The notes below the pieces were generated by a model that ran no database searches, was not told where the DNA came from, and worked only from the letters and a program-made list of their open reading frames with translations. The translations under genes and the position numbers were made by a program. Positions 26,557 to 38,441 of a stretch of DNA of 64,000 nt are shown one piece after another. Source of the stretch: Lingula anatina (taxonomy: Eukaryota > Animalia > Brachiopoda); the NCBI GenBank assembly GCA_051362555.1, contig CM120642.1, positions 2,666,001 through 2,730,000 on the forward strand, in the 5' to 3' direction. Position 1 is the first letter of the stretch. Every line of letters starts with the position of its first letter.

Positions 26557-27629
26557 GAGGGGCTTGCACGTGGCGTTCCATTCTAACAACCTGGATATAT
26601 GGTCTTTACATAAGGCTTCCTGGAGCACTGAGATTAAATCTCTTTCACGTTTGATTTCGGGTCCTCAAGCAGATGATAAGTCATCTGACTTGTCACATGA
26701 AAATGGCGTCTGTTTAATATCATGCCTTTCCCTTAACCTGTTTAAGATCAACGGTAATGTAATTTATCACTTTAAGATAGTAAGAAGGGCTACATTCCTT
26801 TGATGTCCAAAAGGTTTATTGGTATATTCTGATTTTTCAATCTTAAAATTATGCATTTTAGTTTATTTCATAATGCATCACACACATTCTATGTTTTTCC
26901 ATAACTTTCCATTCTAATATTTCCGTCAATTTATCAGCATTCCCTTATTTAGTGATGGTGTGATGTATTGACAAATGATCTATTCTTATTCATTTTCCGA
27001 TAAGCTATCAATCAAAGTAATGTAAATCCCTAATTAGGAAATGGTTTGATAATAGACCTTAGCTAGTTCACAACTTTTCTACCTATAGATCTTCCATTAC
27101 CTCATCATGAATGATAACATATCTTTCTTCTTTCTATCTTGCTCTGTTACTTTGAATTTGTTGACGTGTAAGTTTTTTATTATACGTTAACCGTATTCGT
27201 TTACGACTAGGCACATATTTGATAGCATCATTTTTATAATGCATTACTTTTTCCATTGAATTAAATGAATTTGTCACATTTTATTTATACTTCCAGTCGA
27301 TATATTTGCAGCTTTGTTTATGGTTTTCATACTAGAAACAAAGTAATAATGGGGTTTTAAACGACCCCGCCAGATTTCTGCAATTTAGCCCATGTTGCAC
27401 ATTATATTTTATTTTATACTCTGTAAATTCCACTTACAATATTAATGAGATTATTATATAACAAACAAAAACAGAACAATGAAATATTTCAGAAAAACAA
27501 AGATCCAAAATATCTTAGAGTGGAAAAATTCCATAGATGAGAGTGATTTGGATGGATCAGACTGAGGATCAAGAAGATTACAGATATTCGAAGCAGCAGG
27601 CATTTGTGACACGAGGAACCAAGTGATTA

Positions 27630-27806
27630 TGGCCCAGAGGATGTACATCAACAATGGCAGCAACATCTTGTAGCCAAATGATTTGAAATTTGTCAAATAA
27701 GACTAAGAAGTCATGGCAAGGGTCCTAAAAAAGGCTGCTAAAGGGGGTGTGGCAGAGGCCGTGGACATGTTGCAGTGAATCACCTCACTCAATCATCTAT
27801 ATTTAT
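27630..27806 (+). repeat. ~175-bp direct repeat, copy 2
   Basis: Matches 25810-25986. Confidence 0.6.
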
Positions 27807-28631
27807 ATAATAAAACCCAGGTCAGTGACCCTAATATGACCAAGGGACCATTCAGAATAGTTTATCCCAGTATTAACTGATCCAGCAACTAAAATAAGGC
27901 CGACCACACTTCAAAAGATCATATGCGTAGTTGGTAACTCCAAAATGAGATTTATCTTTTCCTCTTACAATGTAAAATATTAACAAATGAAAAATAAACT
28001 TATGTTCCCCAAGGTTATTTATGCTTCAGAAATTAATCCATGGTCTCCCAGTTCCATAATATATCCTGCTGCATCCTTGCTAGATATTGCCTCTGCACTT
28101 TGCTATGTCATTAGCCGTACATTTGTAGTCACCGTGCAGAAATCCTCACCGGTCAGAAATATGTATAGCTGTGAATATCTATAGATGAAAAAATATATCA
28201 CTGTGGTCGTAGTAGCTAGAACACCTTCAGGACATCATTAATTTGGTCATTTGCCTAAATTTTCATTATAAAACAGATAATATATATCCACGCTTGTCAA
28301 ATCAACTACATATTGAACAAACAAGCGTCACATTATCTGTAGTTAAACACACCAGTCTGATCTACCGGGAAGAAAGGTTGCTGTTCTGAAACCGAGAATT
28401 TAATATGTTTATAATCCAGTGAAACAAAGAAATTGTCACTTAAAGGCATTTTCACTGGTACATTTTTGTTGATTAAGGAGGAAATAGGGGGGATTAATCA
28501 TTGCTGTTTAAGCATGAGCCTGGTTTTTATGGGTGGGGTATTACAGGTGAAGATGTATGTGTTTATAATGATCAAAAAAAGTAACCAACGACGTATGTAA
28601 TTAGTCGTCTTATCATCGGACTGATATACAT

Positions 28632-29183
28632 CAGGCCTACCCAACTACCAGACTCGGCACCTAAGGATCCTGAATTAACCGGTATATCGGACCACGCTAC
28701 CCGTTTTCAAGGTGTGTGTCAGATCGCATTTCGGAGTATCATCCCCCAGAGCAAATTTTGTAGCACGACTGCGGGCTCATCCACGCTCGGCTGAACAACC
28801 TTAAACTGTACTCTTACTTTAGAGTACTCTATTTTATTGTCTCTATGGGGATATATGGGGACTTTACGACATTCGGTTTGAATGTTTTAACCACTTTTGA
28901 CAGGGCTTTTTTTGCATTGTATTAGATTAATGTGGCAGTCTAAGGTTCATCTAGGTGGCTTTCAAAATTATGCACCCGGTTTTAAAATCATATAGCGATT
29001 TTACGACAATCGTTTCCTATCCAATCAAGGTGACAGCCGAGCATGTCAGGGCTCATCCTGTCGGTGTTCTGGCTGATACTCCGAAATGCGATCTGACACA
29101 CACCTTGAAAACGGGTAGTGTGGTCCGATATACCGGTTAATTCAGGATCCTTAGGTGCCGAGTCTGGTAGTTGGGTAGGCCTG
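28632..29183. mobile_element. Long-TIR (foldback-like) non-autonomous DNA transposon, 552 bp
   Basis: 110-bp almost perfect TIRs (28632-28741 / 29074-29183), CAG..CTG ends, 5-bp TSD TACAT. Confidence 0.9.
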
Positions 29184-30109
29184 TACATGTAGCGGGCAGA
29201 GCCATCGCCTACATTGTAGCCTCAGTGATTGCTATGCGTATTGCATAACGTGAAGTACGCGTAACACGTCAGTTAACAACTGTCGCCGTTTAATACCTTT
29301 CGGACTGAAGAGATAGGTCATTGGTTTCAAGTACATGGTATATCAATATCACCAGTAGATTACCACGGATATCACCCTACTTGACAAGTAAATGTGCACT
29401 AAATGTGCACTTAAGAAGTGAACTGCTCTTTCCATCAAACTATGGAGTAATTCCACGCGACAGCCGACAGATTCAGAGGGAAGTCATTTAAGAGAAATTT
29501 ATGACATCTCAGTCTAGTGCTTTTAATTAGTTTAAATTGTATTTTAGATCATCATTATGGTTGCCCTGGTGCTAGAGAAAACCCCAAATCGGAAACTTTT
29601 TTACCTTTTTACCTCGAAGATACAGTGTATAGCATCACCTGTAGGGCGAGGCACTTAACCCATGTATTTTATTGCACTTTCCAGAAGTACATTGACAGTT
29701 GCATTATATTTATCTCATTTTATTATTCTCCCCATAAATAACCCAGCATCCTCATGCATGGGCTAATATACTGTATGAGCGTTAATAAAAAGTGAATTTA
29801 ATTTCCAGTCAGCTTTTGACTAAGGCCCCTTTTTATGTCGAATTCAAATCCTTGAATGGGTTAAAAGATACCATAGTGGCCATTCTATTAGGGTTTTGCT
29901 GCCGGACAAGTGACGTGAGTGGAAGATGGGACTTTTGCCAGCTAATATGCCATACAGCATTTACCTTGAGCAAAAATAAAGACAAATGGCATCATGAGAC
30001 TGCCGCGTGTCATACCTCCCCTCCAGTCCAAAACACTTTTTGGACACAGGTCTAAACCTAAATGATAAGAAAAAAATGACCCTTCTCAAGATTTAGAACA
30101 GGAAAGCAC

Positions 30110-30210
30110 CGTACTCGCACACTGGACGAACTCCAAGCTTTTATTCTATAGACCATCTGTAGGGAAAGGTAACGGAGGCAGACCAAATGTAACCTATTCA
30201 GAAAAAAATA
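30110..30210 (+). mobile_element. Degenerate LINE (RTE-like) ORF2 3' remnant
   Basis: Translates to SKLLFYRPSVGKGNGGRPNVTY, resembling the G.R.RGRP motif at RTE ORF2 ends. Confidence 0.3.
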
Positions 30211-31029
30211 TGCCAGAAATTGAATTAAGCTGCTTCCACCAGGTCATAATAAAACGGTCTTAATGAACGGAATTTCAATGTGACAAAAATCTGAACCTAT
30301 TTTCGGAAGCCCCATGCACAGGCCACACAAAGCGTTAAACCACATTAATTAACTATTAAGTTAAAATTAATTAGGGAACTTCGACGACTACTACAATTAC
30401 GAGTTATCTAGAAAAGCTCCCTGCACTGGAAAAAGCAGACAAATACACATATACGCCTTGGTGTCCCAGTTGTAAGTCATTCAATCTGCTTAATAAACTA
30501 CCTATTAACATCAACACAGAAATACATGCGTAGATGACAGTCCAAATACAGAGGAAAACTAAAAGCAGTCTTCAATATTTTATCCAACTAAACTTGTCTA
30601 TGAAAATAACATACACCACCGGAAAGGTTTTTATCTTCTTCTACTGGGGATGGATATTTTCTATAACTCAATGTAAGTAAGCAACTTTCGGTGAAAAGCT
30701 ACTTTTAATGAGATACTTTTAATGGTGACTTTTTGTACAGTAAGTTCAATATCTTTATTTACGTATACAAGTGCTAAACTAACTTTGGTAAAAAAAAGGA
30801 AATGGGATGCTCCATCTTGCGGGCAAGTTCCCCTGTTGCACTGAATTAAACCACCTGGGAAGACACGATAGGGTACGTTTTGTTCTTGTTTTGCTGCCGG
30901 GCTCCACGTACCTGTGGTGGTTGGTACCATAGACAGCCAATATATCCTTCAACATTTTACCTTGAGCTAAAATAAAGATAAATCTAATCACGAGACCTCG
31001 TGACTTACATCGCCTCAGGCCCACATATC

Positions 31030-31423
31030 CAGGGGCTCGAAAAAATATGTTTCTTATTTCAAAGTTCTATTACTTCAACAGTTCACAAGTTTTCAAACTG
31101 AAAGTTTGCGTAGATTTTTGAAACATTATAAATGGTCAGCCCTGCAAATTTCGAGTGTAAAAGTGACACAGTTCTAATATTATCGTCAAATCAAAAACAC
31201 GTTAACAGGTGTCAAAACTGCCAGACACAGGCACCTGTTAGAACTCACATCTAGGCTGGCATGTTATGTTTTGACTTTAATATCTTATCTTCGGTGTAGT
31301 GCCAAAATTAAGAAAGGCAGAATCATTTTTGGCATTTATTAAATACGTTATTTTCCTAAAGTTTCCCAAATTTCATTGCAATATTTTCAAAATTGCAATT
31401 AGTAACTTTTTTCGAGACACCTT
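31030..31423. mobile_element. Degenerate MITE
   Basis: Weak inverted ends caggggctcgaaaaaa / ttttttcgagacacct. Confidence 0.35.
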
Positions 31424-33032
31424 AAACTTCAACTTTACAGACATTGACGGTGCAAATATTCTCTCAATTTATTCTATTAATTAAGCGACTTTTTTACGTT
31501 TTATAATCAATTGCACTTAACCAGGTAATGTTCTGATTTCTCATTTTTCTCATTTTTAAAAAACCTGTTTAGCATTCACTATGTGCATCTAATTGTGTGT
31601 GTTCGTATCCAGATTGTTTGATTTTTAATTCAGAAGAAGATACTACCTGTGCTGGTCTTCTTAGCACTTCTGGGTCTGGGTCTAAATATGGGAACGAAGC
31701 TTCGACCCCTTTTTTTGATGGGTTATGAAAAGAGACAACGTAGAATACATGTCTTACTTCGTATTCGATCTTCGGCAGGTTGCGAAACCTTTTTAATGGG
31801 TGAGCCTGGCATTTTTTTTGTTCAAGACTATATCATCAATATTACGATGACGGTCCCATAAAGCAACCTATACACGTAGCAAACCCAGCTCTTTTAATCC
31901 AACAGCAATACGAATTCCATAATAAAATTTATTTTACAATTCTTATTACTTATAACCTGACTCATACCTCTGGCGATTGGCCATAGGCATTGAAATGTCT
32001 CAAAGATTTTCGTCCATCGACTTCAGGGGCGGATCCAGGATTATTGAAGGGGGACCGCGGATGCGAAGCTGACCCTACCCCCCCCCCCCCTCCTCGGTAT
32101 TTTAGAGGGCGAACGGTGCCATTTGGTACGGTTTAGAACTTAAACAATGACGGCAACAATTAAGTACATTGACAAGATATTGTGTCAGGTGTGCAAGGAG
32201 CACATCTGCCGCAATATGCTTAGAGAAATGATTTACCTGATCTACTACTCACCCTTGCACGTTGGGAATTTTACTAAGCTATTTGTCGATATCATATATC
32301 TAAAGACGGAACACCAGACAACAAACATTTCCACCTTTTCGTCTTCTTTCTTGGCTGCGTCAGTCCTTGTGTCGTATTTGTTCACTGTATACCCAAGGCA
32401 AGTTATCGTTTCTTAAAAATTTCACAGTGCTATTAATGTGGTTCTGGTGATCCACGCTGTCTTCCTTGAATTAGGTTTATCATCTACATGTAACTATTGT
32501 AAGTAACAAATAATATGATCAAGTTAGTTGTGTGAAATGTGCTTCATATTTCGTCGACACATTTAGGGCGCTGCATGAGCAAATGTCTTGTGGCAGCCTT
32601 TTACAACAATATGAGTGACTTAAGAGTGGTGTTACTTTGTTGTGTCATAATATCTTGCAATGGTCTTTGGTCCCAAGATTTCTGCGACTATTTTTAACGG
32701 TCTCATACATTCACGAACCATTAGGTTCAGTTTGAACAAAAATCACAATGATAGTTTTTTAAACAGTAACTAAATCAGAGTTTTTACCACTCCAGTAGTC
32801 CAGTGCCTAAGGGGATACTTTCATCAGGAAATGGGGCTAAAAACAGGAAAAGTGTTGTGGTATCCTCTACCTGATGGGAGAAGTGTAAAGGGGGGGGGGG
32901 CAACTGCACTCTAAAGAGGCCAGTACAACATCTGTAGTCTGTGAAAGACAAAAAAAAACCTGATATGGAGAATTAAAACATAATTCTTGAGTAGGATAAG
33001 AGGAATACCTTAAAATGATGAATAACACTTAC

Positions 33033-33099
33033 GTATAGACATGCCAATGACCAGCAATAGAGCTGCCACAGTCCACTCACTACGTGTAACTTGCACCAT
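33033..33099 (-). CDS. Extra signal-peptide exon 1 (MVQVTRSEWTVAALLLVIGMSI); distal alternative first exon of paralog B or an orphan
   Basis: 67-nt coding exon with intact ATG, phase-1 GTAAGT donor and TATAAAAA at 33161-33168; no exon 2 seen between it and 26478. Confidence 0.7.
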
Positions 33100-33289
33100 C
33101 ATCTTGTGATCAGCGGTAACCACGAAGCAAAACATTGAGACACAGGTCCACACCCAAGCCTTTTTATAGAGCGGTGGCCCTTGTCGTTAAAGTCTTTAAC
33201 CGGGAGAATGGTCTCTGCTAATGATGCTTTCTTGGGGGAATGAGATTTTTATCTCTCTCGTGTTAGGGACCGGGCCTTCGGGCAGATAC

Positions 33290-33446
33290 CAGGGCCGTAG
33301 CCTGAGCAAAATGCCAGGGGGGCAGTAAGCGGACACGAGGGGTCGAAGCTACCGAGGGGGAGGGTGTGGTGTGTAAAATTCCAAATTCCAGGGGGGGCAG
33401 CTGCCCCCCCCCCCCCCCCCCCCCCCCCCCGGAGGCTACGGCCCTG
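33290..33446. mobile_element. GC-rich MITE, 157 bp (internally deleted form of 49210-49695)
   Basis: TIR cagggccgtagcc / ggctacggccctg with 5-bp TSD GATAC. Confidence 0.88.
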
Positions 33447-36400
33447 GATACATGTGACAAACCATCTTACGAGTTACTCGTTTCTTTGTTCACGTTCTAT
33501 GGTACCTATCACCACGCCAGGCCATTTGTGTTGTTACTAGTACTTCTCAAGTGCAGCATTTGGTTTATCTTTATTTTTGCACGAAAAATGTCTTGTTCAA
33601 CTTGCTAAACATCAATATTCAACCAGTTAGGTAACGCCACAATTGGACCCATCTTCAGCAGGTTAGTATTACGATATTGTTGTGGAATTCGAAGCCCTTC
33701 TTTCCTGTTTTTTTTTTAATTGTAAAGTAACATACCCCCGCTGAATGTTCCTTTGTGTTGCATTTTAATCCCAGGTGACTAAATTAAACTAACATTCATA
33801 TTTACCATTTAAACAAGTAAAGAGAAACTCAAATTAACTACCCTTTTCTCCTAATTTGGCCAGTTTTTACTTTACGACGCCTTTAATAAACATTATCAAA
33901 AAAGGGAAAAAAAATAAATTTGTTATTGTGCGCATTCTTTTTATTATGTGACCTGTTATTAAAATACTGCCGTCCTGACATATGGTGATAAGATTATTTC
34001 CTTTGAAAAGTTTTTATGACGGGTTAATTTTCTCCGACCAATATACATTAATAGGCAAAGATGTAAAACTGTTCCTTGAGCAGAATTTTTCGTCTGTGGA
34101 ATAATATCCGTTGCTCAGTGAAGTAATCTCCATGTACATGCGTGACGACTAGACGGAGGCGTGGTCAAAGTTGCGTTATAGACGGGACTTTACCTGCCCC
34201 CTACTCCTATCTCTGTTCATAGCCACGGGCTTGATAAAATTCACAAAGGACGGTTTAAGGCTCATACCCAATATAAAACTACCTCTCTCTACGTTGATCG
34301 ATTCATCTATACGGGGAATTTCAATCAAATTAACAAATTTGCATGCCGTTTTGAAAAAAAAAACATGTTAGTGTACATTAACGGGGGATATATTCTATAA
34401 CCCAGTAAAGAAAAGTACAGCCACAGCCTGTAAATATCTGTGAAAAGTACTATTATCGGCCATTTTTACTCCATCAGATTAAAAGACTGATAACGGGTAA
34501 AATCGTGAGCTATTTAAGTAATAAGTGATACAGATACAGTCACCAGCAGAACACCAGGTTTTAATTCTGTTTCCTTGGAATTTTGGAAAGTGTATTTATT
34601 TTTTTTAAGTAGAAAATGAAAACTGTGGGATTATTTACAAGATTTTATTCATACCCCCACCCCCATCCCCACCCTCACCCTTTCTCAATATCCAAGGTCT
34701 TCACTGTACACTAACCAGTACATTGTGCTGAGTTAACTTTGGTAAAACCTTAGATAAAGATTTCACTTAATCTTTGAAGTCCACCTGTTTAGATTGGGAA
34801 GATAAGACAGCTGTCGTTCTGTTAAGGCGTGGCTGCCAGGCTCGTTGCACTCGCGGCTAAATCATACTGAAACTTTTGTAAAGACAAATGTAGATGTAAT
34901 CACGCGACTGCGTGCCATGCCTTCAGTAAATAACATTTTCTAAACCATTTCTCAGTTGTTTTCAACTCACTCGAAATCAACCAATGTGTACTCTGCTCAA
35001 CCCCAGGAAGACGCGTGTCAGTCCGTCAATCTGATTGTATTCAGCAAGATTTTTTTTAATTTTTATATTTTTATTTTAAAAATTTACAAACTTCAGTAGT
35101 ATTAAAAGATATCATAAGACAATAATTCAAAATTTATTTGCGAAATTTTTGTTGATGAGCTTTTCTGTCTTAGAGTTTTGGCGGCTCCCGAGGAGTCTAA
35201 GCTTAATCATTAGCTGCTGAGAAAAAAGCGGCCTTTTAAATGTTTCGTTTAACACAACTTAATCACGCGCAGTCTTTGTAACGTTGGTAATATAATTTTC
35301 ACGTTTTCCCATTTTGTAACCATGAAGCCGAATTTTAAACTGTACTGTCGGCTACTTGTGGCCCAATCAACAAAGTTTATTTTCTCATATTTTACCATCT
35401 GCAATTATCCTTTCATAGTTTTGCATTTCGGAGTTTTTTATCTTTCAGAGGCCGGGTGAGGGGGGTGGTCCGTCGGGACGACATATAACATGTCACGGGG
35501 ATGATCATATTTTGTTTACCGAAATTTGCTTCCGACACGGCTTGATATGAGGCTGTGTACCACTGGCTTTCAAGATTGGAATAAGGGACATTGTATACTA
35601 GTAAATTTCAAAACTACTGGAAAATAACTAGTATATCAGATTCTGTGCAGAAGTCTCGAGCTCCACCATAAACATACCCTGCAGTTTTTCTCCATCTTCA
35701 GCTATAAACACATTATCATCAGCATATAGCAAGATAGGGATTTTAAGATCATGCCCAACTTCACTCCAAAATCATTTTTTTACAGTGGCTAAGTCATTGA
35801 TAACCAGTGTGAATAATGTAGGAGAAAGGACACCGCTTTTTTTTTCACCCTACAGCAGTTGCTTACAAAGCAGTCAGGCTATAAATTATGTAACCTATCA
35901 CATGTACATGTAAGTATCGCTGGACGTCAGTTAAGGAACCAATTCTACAAATCCTTGACGGTTTGTGTTCAAACAGCACCTTCCACGTGACTTAATTTTG
36001 CAGACGACAATATTTGTGACCCTACAGGTCCACGTACGTGTTACTTGCACAAGATCTGGTTAGAACGTTTGCAGCAATGTACAAATATCTAACTGGTTGT
36101 AATTCAGAGAGAAAAGAGAATTGATTTTTTCTGAGATAGCTAGGTTGTTCTTTTTGCGGGAGTTGCTATTGGTCGATTATAAACGTCACAGTGCAACAAC
36201 AGTAAAATGCAGTGGAAGCGTGAGATAACAGTACAATTATGCAATTAAATAGTACAATAATGATAATGTCTTAATAAACAGCTTATAGATAAATATACAG
36301 TGGAACGCAGTCGTGGAGGGAAGTATGTTTGTGTTGCAGCAAGTAAATTCATCTTTGAGGAATGTGTATATTTAGCCTTGAATACAAACAAGCAATGTAA

Positions 36401-36668
36401 AGAAGAACAACTGCTTGAGCCGTGCAATTCTGAAGAGATTCTGAGACCCAATTTATATTCCGCTGTGACATTCATATGTCAGCCAAGGGAGATCTTTTTC
36501 ATCTAGATAGCATATGTATATTTTTGTCAACCTGAGAATTTCTGTTATATGAATGACAACATCTTTTTTTTTATTATTTTCAAATAAAAAAACGTACTCT
36601 TGGTAGATCCAGCGAAGAAAGCTTACAAGCAAAAAACCTAATGTATAAACGATAGCTGATTTAATTAA

Positions 36669-37384
36669 AGGTGCGACAGAATCTGTCACCTGTGCACACA
36701 AGGGGTAATTGAGGATGAATACCATTTTATATTCCAATGCCCAATGTACAAAACAGACCGAGTCACCTTTTTCAGTAAAACCTCATTCCTAAAAGCTGAT
36801 TCAAGGTCACCAGACAGTCAATTATGCCATGTATTTAACAGTGCCAACAAAGATACTTTAGTGTCCCTCTCCAACTTTATAATCAAATCATTCAAGAAAA
36901 GAAGTGAAGTGGTTGCTCTGCTTGGTAACTCCTAGCATATCCCTTAAAATGTCAGTGTATGGTGCCACTGTTGTGAGAAGTGACTCGGCAGTGGGACTGA
37001 ACATGGCACAATATTTATATCTGTGTAACTTATTTACTTATCTGTCTTATGTAATTGTCATTAATCGTAATTATCAATGTCATCAAACTGGCTTTGAACA
37101 GCCATGTAAACAGCTATGTAACGGTGGTTTTTAAGTTTTTAAAAAAAAACATTCTTTTTGTGTAACATGTTTATACTATGTTTATGTTAAATTTATAATC
37201 ACACCAAGGTTTATCTCATTGCTTAGATAGAATATTCTATGAGTGATTTTACTAGTACTTATCTTCATTATATAAAGATGGTAATGCACTAACTGTATTG
37301 TATCATCATTTGTATATCATATTGTACAAGGTCATGACAATCTATGTACCAGTACAGAAATAAATTGAAATTGAAAATTGAAAA
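36669..37384 (+). mobile_element. 5'-truncated LINE: ORF2 C-terminal CCHC knuckle, 3' UTR and repeat tail
   Basis: Frame RICHLCTQGVIEDEYHFIFQCPMYKTDR...LSNFIIKSFKKR (36678-36935); ends aataaattgaaattgaaaattgaaa. Confidence 0.75.
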
Positions 37385-38441
37385 TTTAATAACATATTTA
37401 TTTTGTAAACAGTATCATTTGATTATAACGATAATACTATAAAGAAGTATGGAGACATATTTCCAGCAAGATAATTTCATCAGCACCCGAATGTTATTAA
37501 ATACGAACAACGTTTTAACAAGACAAAGTTAAACTTTCAAATTTAGGGAAAATTCAATAAGGCAATCTTACAAAGAACAGACTCTCCAACAAACACATAT
37601 GCCTTGCTATTTTTATTCATTTCTTACATTTCTCTTTACCTACATTCAGTACATGCTTTACGAGAATACATACATGTAATTTAAATGTATTTATGTTGTG
37701 AACAACATTATAGGCCTCGCTGAAACCAGACATTAACCCTAACACATTAATATAATGTGAATATCTGTATTTAAGTATATTACGCAACTTAAATTAAATC
37801 TCGTCCCGGAACCCCACAAAACCCATTTATGCATAACTGATTTACCATATTATATTGGTCACTCCAGAGTTCAGTATTCTTATCAATCATTTCGGATTAG
37901 CCTTTTGAAATCATGACCAATAAGTTGAATTAAACTCGTAATAAACCTCGTTTTGGTTGGTCATAAAAATAGGCATTAAATTTCGAAATATCAATCGACC
38001 TCTCTCGTTTTATCATTTCAGGGTAGAGATATAACAGTACGTGTACATGTGGAAAATATATAAACAACATATACGCATACTTCGTACAAACAATGTACAA
38101 TCCAATCTATTGCTATTTTTTACATTTGAAACTTACATCATTCGATTTTTTATCCTATTGCTTCCATAATTCTATATCCGATCTTTGAGTATCACAAGTT
38201 AAGCACTGTTTTACAATATCTGTAGAAAAAAGGAGATACAATAAATTAAATAAGTTTCAGCCTTAAGTAAACTATTACCTTACGAACAAACCAGTGAAAT
38301 TATAAATTTGATATATTGATTCACCTGTGTTTCCTTATCCTCTACTGCATAAGGAACCAAGTAGGAGTTTGGATCACTGTATTCTTCCACTAAAAAAAAA
38401 AAAACAAAAAAAAAATAGCAGGTGCTATTAGACTACTTCAA

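Noticed and set aside
26750-27400. Possible degenerate reverse-transcriptase remnant on the minus strand
   Set aside because: Too decayed to support by eye
33263-33608. Poly-Gly / poly-Pro ORFs
   Set aside because: Poly-C tract within a MITE
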